Shown here one piece after another: positions 14,569 through 25,354 of a stretch of DNA of 64,000 nt. A model generated the notes under the pieces. The model saw nothing but the letters and a program-made list of their open reading frames with translations. It did not search any database and had not been told where the DNA came from. This stretch comes from the human T2T-CHM13v2.0 reference genome, Homo sapiens, in the NCBI RefSeq assembly GCF_009914755.1, contig NC_060925.1, one strand, 5' to 3'. Position 1 is the stretch's first letter. Each line of letters starts with the position of its first letter. The translations under genes and the position numbers were made by a program.

Positions 14569-17500
14569 TTAAGAGCTGTAACACTCACCACGAGGGTCTG
14601 CGGCTTCATTCTTGGTCAGTGAGACCAGGAGCCCACCGGAAGGAACCAATTCCAGACACAACATTATTCCTTGGTAGGTGATCTAATGGTTCCTTTTGGA
14701 AACTTTTAGAATCTCCTCTTTTTCATCATTGTTATGGAATTTCACAATGATGTGCTTGAGTGTAGGTCTTTCCACAGGGATTGTGCTGAGTAGTCAGTGT
14801 GTCCTTCTATGCTGAAAGCTCGTGGAAGTTTCCCTGTATTCTTGATAATTTTTTGTCCACCAATTACTCCATTCTCTCTGCAACTTCCGTTAATTGGATT
14901 GCTAAGCATATTACATTGATCTTCTATGTCTTTTATGTTTTCACACATGTTTTATACCTCTTTTTTCCCATTCTATTTTCTGGGACAGTGGCATGTATTA
15001 AAATCCCAACACTTTCTTTGAATTTTGTATTTCAGTGTCATAATTTTGTTTCATAAGAGACCTCTCATTCTTCATTTTTTCACCGACCATTTCATACGTT
15101 TTTAGAGAATTTATCAATTTCTTTTTAAATCTCTTTGAGTTCTAATTACAAAGATTATTTTGGGAAAGTTTTATTATCTTTTCTCCCGGAGGCTTTTTTT
15201 GTAGGTGTTTATTTTTGTCTTTCACTTTCATGCAACTTGATCCCCTAAAATAATGATCTTTGACTTCATACTGAACAGTGAGATTTTTAAATGCTACTTA
15301 AGAGCATGATGCACATGGTCAGGGTCTGATGACTGCCTGGCCCTCAAGTACCCTAGGAATTCCAAGTGCCAGGGCTTTTCTCTAGGATTCTAATGTTCAC
15401 CTTAGCCATACTAGTTCTTCTTAAATACATCATGTAATTTCTTCTCAGAAGAAACCTTCAGTCTTTTCCTTGGGCAAAACATCTAGCTATACCAGGCATT
15501 CCATGCATGGACATGGTGCTGGTGATTTCAAATGTTCTGTAGAAAGGCTTTTAATTAACCCACTGCTTTCTTGTTTCTTTCCCCTTCATAACTGGTCTTT
15601 CTGATTCTGGGCTCTTTGGGGATTTGTAGGGCAAGTAGGCCCCTCTCTGGACCAGTTGTCTCTCCTGTTATCATTTCTTCAACAGCTTTTTTTCTCCCAG
15701 AAATTGTGTTTTAGGCATTGCTCACCTGAGAATCTCTTTACAAATTTCAATGTCTATTATATCTTTTTCTATCATTTAATGAGATTTAACAAGAAAGAGC
15801 GACAGGAAGGAGAGGAAAAACTTGTGATAAATCCATCTCCTTGAACAAAAAGCTTTTGAAAATGCATTCTAATCCTAGGTGTCTCTCCCCAGAACACTCT
15901 CCCTTAAATAGTAGGCACTATAGACTACATAACTATTAAAGATAAATAAGTATAGGACTCAGCCAGTCATCTAGGATGTACTTCTTAAATGCATATAAAC
16001 ATTTCCATAAAAAGACTAATCTACCCACTAATCCCAATCAGCCACCCACTGCAAAGTGATGGAATAAAATGACAGGTATTTAATGCCACTAAAATAGCTA
16101 ATCCTACAGTGTCTTGTTGGATAATGCTCTGCTCAAAGTAATTCTGATTATGCCTGTTGTTATTATGCTGTTAACACTACTAAATTTAATATCAATACCC
16201 ACAGAGAGGCTATGGTTATTTTTCACGGAAACGCCATGGTTCCAATTTGTACCAATTGGATATTAAATAACTCACAAAAATAACTCATAACAAAGGACAG
16301 GAAGAAATAATTTAGGTGTCATAAATTGGATAGTATGTTACAATGAAAACTAAAAGCAATTGAATAAGTTTAGTATTTATGAAGGAAAGCTGTGTCTTTG
16401 AATTCAACAAGTTTGACTAAATTTAGTTAAAAAAAAAAAAAAACAGAGGTAGAGACAAGGCAATGGGAATAAAACTAAGCACATTTCTAGTTGTCTGTCT
16501 CCAAATAGAAAGATTTGACTAAAGTAACTCTTTTCCAGCAGTTGTTTGTGTATCTAAAAATAATCTCACCTTAAAGGAGGCCTCCATCTATGGTTGATCT
16601 GTAGGAAGCCCTGGGGGTAAAGAGAAGACTTTTACTTAAGGAAAAGCTAGCCTGAAAATCGCCTCAAGGCAAAAACCATGATACACTTCTCTTCCATCCC
16701 TTAGATAAGCAAAAAGCAGAGCTTCCCACTGATACAAATCAGCCCGCAACTTGGCTCTCATTAGCTCTAAGTCTATGGAAATCTTCAGAATCTTGGATCA
16801 CCCTACCGAGCTCATTAAGTGTTTAAAATTAGGCATTCTTTTCATGAGAAGCAACAGCAGTTCTTCCTGTAGCACAGATATATATATATATATGGACCCC
16901 CGAGGCTTTGTTAGGTTAACAAAATGCGTTAAAAGTGTTCACTAGGCCTTCTTGGTACTTGTTAGCCCAGATTTCATACACAGCACTGAAATAGAGCAGT
17001 GATTGGTGTACCTAAATCCATTTAGATTCTAGAGACTAGATGTCTGGTCTTTTTAAAATATACTTTTAATTCTAAATCTACTTGTTTACTTTCTGTTTTT
17101 GAAAATATTTGGGGGGAAGGGCATTTGGTTATCAATGTCAAACATGCTAAAACCATGTTAAAAAAAATTTTTCCAAGAAGTCAGGGATTCAAGAACACAA
17201 TTCAGATTGAATTCTACTTTATAACAAGACCTAGATTATTCAACTTCCATGAGCCCAGAAAATAAAATTGCCTGGCTCTCTTTGATATAATTATAGCCAC
17301 AAAGTGTCCAAAGTCTTTTTATTTATGTCAAATTAAAGCAGATATTCATGGCCCTGAAGCTCACTGAAATGTTTCTATTTAATGTGTTCCATGACTTGTG
17401 AGGTTCTGGGAAGCAAAGGGGGCAACTGGGGAGGTAGGTTGCATTCATGTGTAGTAAAAAGTCATTCTAAAGAAAAAATCTAGCTGGCAGACCCACAGCT

Positions 17501-18269
17501 CTGAATCATAGGTCAACCAGCATCTGCAACCCAATAACTCTCCACTGCTTTGCTCCCACTATTTCCCAACTTATCAGGACAACATAGGAATGCAGTTCTT
17601 ATTATAAAACAGTGCTGTGGGACATAAAATCTCAGCCTGCTGCCCCATTACCTCATGCCATACAGGTGTAAATCTTGAAGAGGGCATAAAGTACAACTTG
17701 CCTTCAGCATGGAAAAGAAGCAATTACTTAGCTGTTAAGAAAAATCCTAATATCATTATCAGATGACTGCAATTACCACCTGATATCTGGCTATTATTTT
17801 AAATGGATTTAAAATACATTTTAAAATCTCAAATTCAAATCATATGGAAATAACATAAGTTATCATAAAGGTGTTTTGAGATAATTCTAAATGTCAATTT
17901 AGCATATTTTCATATATTGGTTGTCTAAAATGAATGAATAGCTTCTTTTATGAGGTAAATGTCATTTGGTCAAATGAAAAGGACAATCACATTTAAAGGT
18001 CAGTTAATATAGTGAGGTAGTTGTAGTTACTAGTGTTAAAAATCTCACTATATTATCTTTAAACAAGAGTACCCCACTATTTTGAGTATAATAAAATTAT
18101 GTACAGTGGCTTGACTGCTTATCTTCTTTGTTCCCGTTTTTGCTACCATGTTGATCTTCTAGTATTTCTCTTTTAGCTCAAACCATTTTTTTTTTCAGTG
18201 GATCTCACTAGATCATTGCCTCTATTTTTGATACAGTAAGGCCTAACACCACATATATTTCAAAGGCAT

Positions 18270-18273
<4 letters not shown>

Positions 18274-18310
<37 letters not shown>
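18274..18310. repeat. (TG)n microsatellite
   Basis: Read directly from sequence. Confidence 0.97.
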
Positions 18311-18313
<3 letters not shown>

Positions 18314-18461
18314 TTGAAAGAACTAAATTACTTACTTGTCAAAAAATAAGAATTTTTTAGAGTCAGGGACTAAGTTTCTAAGAAGAAGCCACAGAGAATC
18401 TGAAAATTCAGACCTATGCACCCATTCCTAAGAGTAAATTTCTCAAGCCATGTCCTGCGTG

Positions 18462-18882
18462 GTATGGGGGCCAAGGCCCTCAGTCCCCTAAAGGTTTGCT
18501 GAAAACTCACTGAAAGAATGGGGGGCTTAGATCCTGGCAAAACAGGTTATGGGAGAAAGAAAGGTAGACGAATTCTCTTGAGGGCAATAACGAATTACTA
18601 GAGAGAATGAATGGCTCAGGGAACAATTGATTAACTTGTAAATAGTTATCACTGATAGTGAAACTGATAGTTTGTTGAGATGTGGTTACATTCTTGGTCT
18701 TACAGGGAGAGGAAGAAAAAAACAATTGTTCTCCTTGGTGCATCTGGATCTTAGTTAGAGTAGAGCCTGTGCGTTGGGAGATATGATGGTGGCTGGGCAG
18801 GGAGATCAGAGAGACCTTGAAGCTTCTTCAGTTCAGCATGTCAAAATACCATGTTTTGGAGTATTGGTTTCTGACCTCCAGC
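18462..18882 (-). mobile_element. MER39/LTR48-like ERV1 solo LTR
   Basis: Reverse strand begins tgctggaggtcagaaaccaatactccaaaacatggtattttgacatgctgaactgaagaagc and ends ttttcagcaaacc...cttggcccccata. Confidence 0.7.
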
Positions 18883-18986
18883 ACTGGAAACCCCATAACA
18901 ACCATTTAACTGAGGAGTTTCTTGCTCACAAAACAATATGTTACTGCAATAAGAATCAATTTGTCTTTTCTCCCCACTGTTCTCTT

Positions 18987-19304
18987 TGTCTGTGTGTGTG
19001 TGTGTGCACGTGTGTGTGTGTTTCAGACAGAGTCTTGCTGTGTCTCCCGGGCTGAAATGTAGTGGCACGAACTTGGCTCATTGCAAACTCCACCACTTGG
19101 ACTCAAGGGATTCTCCCACCTCAGCCTCCTGAGCAGCTGGGACTATGAATGTATCCACCACACCTGGCTATTATTTGTATTTTTTTGTAGAGGTAGAGTT
19201 TTGCCATGTTGTCCAGGCAGGTCTTGAACTTCTGGTCTTAAGCAATCCTCCTGCCTCAGCCTCTCAAAGTGCTGGGATTATAGGCACGAGCCACCACATT
19301 CAGC
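18987..19304 (-). mobile_element. AluJ with tail converted to (TG)n
   Basis: Dimeric Alu; TSD cactgt(t/a)ctctt at 18975-18986 and 19308-19319. Confidence 0.9.
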
Positions 19305-19520
19305 AGTCACTGTACTCTTAATACATGTGCAAGCATGTGCACGCACACACACACATGCAAACATAGCCTGGGCTACTTGACTCACTGTTATTCTCAACTG
19401 GCTACAAAACAACTGTGTGTGGATATTAAATTGTCTCTTTTGAAAAAAAATTTTCAATAATTCTAGTTTTTAAACTGGAATAAAAAATAATTATTTTCTA
19501 CCTATTTTTACAACTAAAAC

Positions 19521-20249
19521 TGAGAGCTGAAGCCAGCTGGACTTCCTGGGTCGAGTGGGGACTTGGAAAACTTTTCTGTTTAGCTAAAGGTTTGTAAATG
19601 CACCAATCAGCACTCTGTGTCTAGCTAAAGGTTTGTAAATGCACCAATCAGCACTCTGTAAAAACGCACCAATCAGTACTGTGTCTAGCTAAATGTTTGT
19701 AAACACACCAATCAGCCCTCTGTAAAAACGCACCAATCAGCACTCTGTAAAATGGACCAATCAGCAGGATGTGGGTGGGGCCAAATAAGGGAATAAAAGC
19801 TGGCCACCCCAGCCAGCAGCAGCAACCCTCTTGGGTCCCCTTCCATGCTGTAGAAGCTTTGTTCTTTCTCTCTTCCCAATAAATCTTGCTGCTGCTGACT
19901 CTTTGGGTCCACACTACCTTTATGAGCTGTAACACTCACCACGAGGGTCTGTGGCTTCATTTCTGAAGTCAGTGAGACCACGAACCCACCAGGAGGAACA
20001 AACAACTCCGGACACGCCACCTTTAAGAGCTGTAACACTTACTGAGAAGGTCTGAGGCTTCACTCCTGAAGTCAGCGAGACCATGAACCCACCGGAAGGA
20101 AGAAACTACGAACACATCTGAACATCTGAAGGAACAAACTCCAGACACACTATCTTTAAAAACTGTAACACTCACTGTGAGGGTCCACGGCTTCATTCTT
20201 GAAGTCAGCAAGACCAAGAACCCACTGGAAGGAACCAATTTTGGACACA
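19521..20249 (+). mobile_element. 5' LTR (LTR12 family) of HERV9 provirus
   Basis: TG...CA termini, 6 CCAAT units, TATA-like aataaaa 19792, AATAAA 19878, tandem U5 repeats. Confidence 0.95.
19590..19800 (+). promoter_or_regulatory. LTR12 U3 enhancer/promoter: CCAAT (NF-Y) array plus TATA-like box
   Basis: Repeated accaatcagcactctgt units; NF-Y binding to ERV9 LTRs is established, activity of this copy is untested. Confidence 0.6.
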
Positions 20250-20252
20250 TTT

Positions 20253-20270
20253 TGGCGACCGCAAAGGGAC
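20253..20270 (+). other. Primer binding site (tRNA-Arg-like)
   Basis: tggcgaccgcaaagggac 3 nt after the LTR CA end; followed by splice donor GTG|gtgagt at 20283. Confidence 0.8.
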
Positions 20271-21500
20271 AATCACCAAGTGGTGAGTACCATCGGACCC
20301 CTTTCACTTGCTATTCTGTCCTATTTTTCCTTAGAATTCAGGGGCTAAATACTGGGCACCTGTTGGCCAGTTAAAAGCAACTAGTGTGGCTGCCGGACTA
20401 AAGACATTGGTGTCAGGCTTTCTGGGAAAGGACTCTCTAACAACCCCCGACTCTTCGGAGTTGGGAGCATTGGTTTGCCTGGAGCCAGCTTCCGCTTTTC
20501 CTGTACTTCTGGGCTGAGCTGAGGGTTGACAGAGAGGAAAGCCATTCAGCTCCGGGGTCCCAACAAGTTGGTTGATCCTGTGGCCATGAGCGGAAGTCTC
20601 AAAGTCACATTGCCCAAGTAAGACTTACCCATCTATCCTACCTATCCTGACGTTACCTCCTGGGTCCTAATGCTTGTCAGACAAACTTCCTCTCACCTCT
20701 CTTCTCCGAGGCTAGTCCGGCTTCTGAAAACCACTCCCTGTCTCTGGTGCCTTTCTAGTTTGTCCTATAAGAATGATTTCTAGTATAAACTCCAGGACTC
20801 TGTTACCTGCTTTAGGCACCTGGGCTCACCAATCAGAAAGACATAATTTTTGCCCAAAGCCCAGTCATAGTGGGGACTATCTAGAATTTTACGATCCCTC
20901 CTCAGACAAGCAGGCCTAACAAAAGCTATTCCTGAAGCTAGGATATGGGGAGCCTCAGAATTTGTATCCTTCCTATTCATATAAGTGAGGACAAAAGGCA
21001 TCACTCTTCCAACTCTGGAGATCCCTTCCCTCCCCCAGGGTATGGCCCTCCACTTCATTTTTGGGGTATAACATCTTTATAGGACACAAGTAAAGTCCCA
21101 ATACTAACAGGAGAATGCTTAGGACTCTAACAGATTTTTGAGAATGCATCAGTAAGGGCCACTAAATACGATTTTTCTCAGTCCTCCTTGTGGTCTAGGA
21201 GGACAGGCAAGGGTGCAGGTTTTCGAGAACGTGTCGGTAAGGGCCACTAAATCTGATCTTCCTCAGTCCTCCTTGTGGTCTAGAAGGAAAACTAGTGTTT
21301 CTGCTGCTGTGTTGGTGAGCACAACTATTCCGATCAGCAGGGTCCAGGGACCGTTGTGAGTTCTTGGGCAAGAGGTGTTTCTGCTGCTGCTTTGGTGAGC
21401 GCAACTGTTCCTATCAGCAGGGTCCATGGACTGTTGAGGGTTCTTGGGCAGGGTGAGAAACAGACAAACCAAAACCATAGGTGGTTTTTTTACCTTTCAG

Positions 21501-22960
21501 ATGGGAAACACTCAGGCATCAACAGGCTCACCCTTGAAATGCATCCTAAGCCATTGGGACCAATTTGACCTGCAAACCCTGAAAAAGAGGTGGCTCATTT
21601 TTTCCTGCACTATGGCCTGGCCCCAATATTCTCTCTCTGACGGGGAAAAATGACCCCCTGAGGGAAGTATAAATTACAATACTATCCTGCAGCTTGACTT
21701 TTTCTGTAAGAGGGAAGGCAAATGGAGTCAAATACCTTATGTCCAAACTTTCTTTTCATTGAAGGAGAATACACAACTATGCAAAGCTTGCAATTTACAT
21801 CCCACAGGAGGACCTCTCAGCTTACCCCCATATCCTAGCCTCCCTATAGCTCCCCTTCCTATTAATGATAAGCCTCTTCTAATCTCCCTTGCCCAGAAGG
21901 AAATAAGCAAAGAAATCTCCAAAGGACCACAACAATCCCCTGGCTATAGTTATGTCCCCTTCAAGCTGTAGGGGGAGGGGAATTTGGCCCAACCGGGGAA
22001 TATGTCCCTTTCTCCCTCTCTGATGTAAAGCAGATCAAGGAAGACCTGGGGAAGTTTTCAGATGATCCTGATAGGTACATAGATGTCCTACAGGGTCTAG
22101 GGCAAACCTTCAATCTCACTTGGAGAGATGTCATGCTATTGTTAGATGAAACCCTGGCCTTTAATGAAAAGAATGCAGCTTTAGCTGCAGCCTGAGAGTT
22201 TGGAGATAGCTGGTATCTTAGTCAAGTAAATGATAGAATGACAGCCAAAGAAAGGGAAAAATTCCCTACCGGCCAGCAAGCTGTCTCCAGTATAGGATCC
22301 CCACTGGGACCTCAACTCAGATCAGGGCCACTGCAGTCAAAACACAGGTTGACCTGTTTTCTAGAAAGACTAAGGAGAATTAGGAAAAAGCCCATGAATT
22401 ATTCAATGATGTCCACCATAACTCAGGGAAAGGAAGAAAATCCTTCTGCCTTCCTTGAGCAGCTATAGGAGGCCTTAAGAAAATATACTCCCCTGTCACC
22501 CGGCTCACTCAAGGTTCAATTGATCCTAAAAGATAAGTTTATTACCCAATCAGCTGCAGATATCAGGAGAAAGCTCCAAAAGCGAGCCCTAGGCCCTGAA
22601 CAAAATCTGGAAGAATTCTTAAACCTGGCAACCTCGGTGTTCTATAATAAGGACCAAGAGGAACAGGCCCAAAAGGAAAAGCAACATCAGAGAAAGGCTG
22701 CAGCCTTAGTCATGGCCCTCAGACAAACAAACCTTGGTGGTTCAGAGATGACAGAAAATGGAGCCGGCCAATCACCCAGTAGGGCTTTTTATCAGTGTGG
22801 TTTGCAAGGACACTTTAAAAAAGATTGTCCAATGAGAAACAAGCCACCCCCCAGTCCATGTCCACTATGCCGAGGCAATCCCTGGAAGGCACACTGCCCC
22901 AGAGTGCAATGGTTCTCTGGGCCAGAAGCCCCCAACCAGATGATCCAACAACAGGACTGA
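21501..22960 (+). pseudogene. gag: HERV9 gag, disrupted
   Basis: MGNTQASTGSPLKCILSHWDQFD; MHR-like ITQGKEENPSAFLEQL; degenerate zinc knuckle FYQCGLQGHFKKDCP; several stops and frameshifts. Confidence 0.9.
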
Positions 22961-23420
22961 GGATGCCCAGGGCAAGTGCCAGCTCATGTTGTCACCTTCA
23001 CTGAGCCCTGGGTACGTTTAACCACTGAGGGCCAGGAAATTGACTTCCTCCTGGACATTGGCACGGCCTTCTCAGTGTTAATCTCCTGTCCTGGACGACT
23101 GTCCTCGAGGTCCATTACCATCCGAGGAATCCTGGGACAGCCTGTAACCAGGTATTTTTCTCACCTCCTCAATTGTAAATGGGAGACTCTGCTACAGATA
23201 GTAAGTATGCTTATCTAATCCTACATGCCCATGCTGCAATATGGAAAAAAAAAGGAGTTTCTAACTTCTGGGTGATCCCCCATTGAATATCACAAGGAAA
23301 CCATGGAGTTATTGCATGCAGTGCAAAATCCCAAAGAGGTGGCAGTCTTACACTGCCAAAGCCATCAAAAAGGGAAGGAGAGCAGAGAACAGCAGCATAA
23401 GCGGCTGGCAGAGGCAGGGA
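22961..23420 (+). pseudogene. HERV9 protease fused to RNase H remnant (RT deleted near 23190)
   Basis: FLLDIGTAFSVL (DTG motif mutated) then TDSKYAYLILHAHAAIW and KEVAVLHCQSHQKG. Confidence 0.85.
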
Positions 23421-23650
23421 AAGACCAGCAGAAAGGAAAGAGAGAAAGAGACAGAAAGTCAGAGAGAGGGAGAGAGAGAGGAAGAGACAGAGAAGGAGAA
23501 AGTCAAAGAAGGAAAGAAAGGAAGAGACAGACAAAGGGAGTCAGAGAGAAAGAGGAAGAGACAGAGACAAAGAGGGAGTCAGACACAGAGAGAGAGAGAG
23601 AAAGAAGTCAAAGAGAAAAAAAGAGAAATGGAAGTAGTAAAGAAAAAACA
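23420..23650. repeat. AG-rich low-complexity tract within HERV9
   Basis: agagagggagagagagaggaagagacagagaagg... Confidence 0.85.
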
Positions 23651-24239
23651 GTGTACCCTATTCCTTTAAAAGCCAGTGTAAATTTAAAACCTATAATTGA
23701 TAATTGAAGGTCTTCTCTGTAATCCTATAATACTCCAATACCACCTTGTTGTCAGTGTAAACAAGGGCGTGGCCTGAAAGCACTGAGGCCACTGACAACC
23801 CATAGCCTTCCTACAAAAATCCTTAACTGAGCAGGTTTCCTTACAGGGGACCTAAATCTTAATTAATTACCATGCAAATGTCTGACCAGACCTAGGAGGA
23901 ACTCCCTTAAGGACAAGAAGATAGATGGTTCCTCCCCTGCGATTAAGGGAAAAAGACACAATGGGTATTCAGTAAATGATAAGGAAACCCTTGTAGAAGC
24001 AGAGTTAGGAAAATTGCCTAATAATTGGTCTTCTCAAATGTGCAAGCTCTTTGCACTCAGCCAAACCTTAAAGTACTTATAGAATCAGGAAGGAGCCATC
24101 TATACCAATTCTAAGTTAATATGGACTGAACGAGGTTTTATTAATAGCAAAGAAAAATTAAAATCCCAAACTTTCAAGGTTTTCAGCAAAAGTAACATTT
24201 GCTAAAAAAGTTAACAGTGTATTATCTTACTACCACACA

Positions 24240-24720
24240 CTCTCAAAAGATTTCTCAGTTTGCAAGAAATAACAAAATCTATCCTTACTCTACAATCCCA
24301 AATAGACTCTTTGGTAGCAGTGACTCTCCAAAACCACTGAGGCCTAGACCTCCTCACTGCTGAGAAAGGAGGACTCTGCCCCTTCTTAGAGGAAGAGTGT
24401 TGTTTTTACACTAACCAGTCAGGGATAGTACAAGATGCTGCCTGGCATTTACAGGAAAAGGCTTCTGAAATCAGACAACGCCTTTCAAATTATTATACCA
24501 ACTCCTGGAGTTGGGAAACATGGCTTCTCCGCTTTTTAGGTCCTGTAACAGCCATCTTACTATTACTTGCCTTTGGGCCCTGTATTTTTAACCTCCTTGT
24601 CAAAATTGTTTCCTCTAGGATCGAGGCCATCAAGCTACAGATGGTCTTACAAATGGAACCCCAAATGAGCTTAACTAAGAACTTCTACCAAGGACCCCTG
24701 GACCAACCCACTGGCCTAAA
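24240..24720 (+). pseudogene. env: HERV9 env TM-subunit remnant
   Basis: From 24326: [32 protein letters not shown] (immunosuppressive domain plus CX6CC), then hydrophobic WLLRFLGPVTAILLLLAFGPCIFN. Confidence 0.88.
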
Positions 24721-24846
24721 GAGTTCCCCTCTGGTGGACACTACAACTGCAGGGCCCCTTCTTTGCACCTATCCAGCAGGAAGTAGCTAGAGTGGTCATC
24801 GCCCAATTCCCAACAGCAGTTGGGGTGTCCTGTTTAGAGGGGGGAT

Positions 24847-25354
24847 TGAGAGGTGAAGCCAGTTGGACTTTCTGGGTTGAGTGGGGACTTGGAGAACTTT
24901 TCTGTCTAGCTAAAGCTTTGTAAACGCACCAATCAGCACTCTGTGAAAATGCACCAATCAGCACTCTGTGTCTAGCTAAAGGTCTGTAAATGCACCAGTC
25001 AGCACTCTGTAAAAATGCACCAATCAGCACTCTGTGTCTAGCTAAAGGTCTGTAAATGCACCAGTCAGCACTCTGTAAAAATGCACCAATCAGCATTCTG
25101 TGTCTAGCTAAAGGTTTGTAAATGCATCAATCAGCACTCTGTAAAAAGGCAGCAATCAGCGCTCTGTGTCTAGCTAAATGTTTGTAAATGCACCAATCAG
25201 CACTCTGTAAAAATGGACCAATCAGCACTCTGTAAAATAGACCAATCAGCAGGACGTGGGCAGGGCCTAATATGGGAATAAAAGCTGGCCACCTGAGCCA
25301 GCAACGGCAACCCACTTGGGTCCCCTTCCATGCTGTGGAAGCTTTGTTCTTTTG
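24847..25354 (+). mobile_element. 3' LTR12 of HERV9, truncated before its polyA signal
   Basis: Starts tgagaggtgaagccag after the PPT; similarity to the 5' LTR stops at gaagctttgttcttt. Confidence 0.93.

Larger units (their letters stand above)
20250..24846 (+). mobile_element. HERV9 internal region, internally deleted (HERV9N/NC-like non-autonomous form)
   Basis: Leader, gag, pro, partial RNase H, AG-rich tract, env TM remnant, PPT agaggggggat at 24836-24846. Confidence 0.9.

Noticed and set aside
23283-23707. Lys/Arg/Glu-rich ORFs (also 49127-49475)
   Set aside because: They arise from purine-rich low-complexity tracts that lack stop codons.
24240-24720. Possible domesticated syncytin-like env
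   Set aside because: There is a stop codon inside the immunosuppressive domain, and most of SU and the signal peptide are absent.
19590-25250. CRISPR-like regularly spaced repeats
   Set aside because: These are ERV9 LTR enhancer repeats in eukaryotic DNA, with no unique spacers or cas genes.
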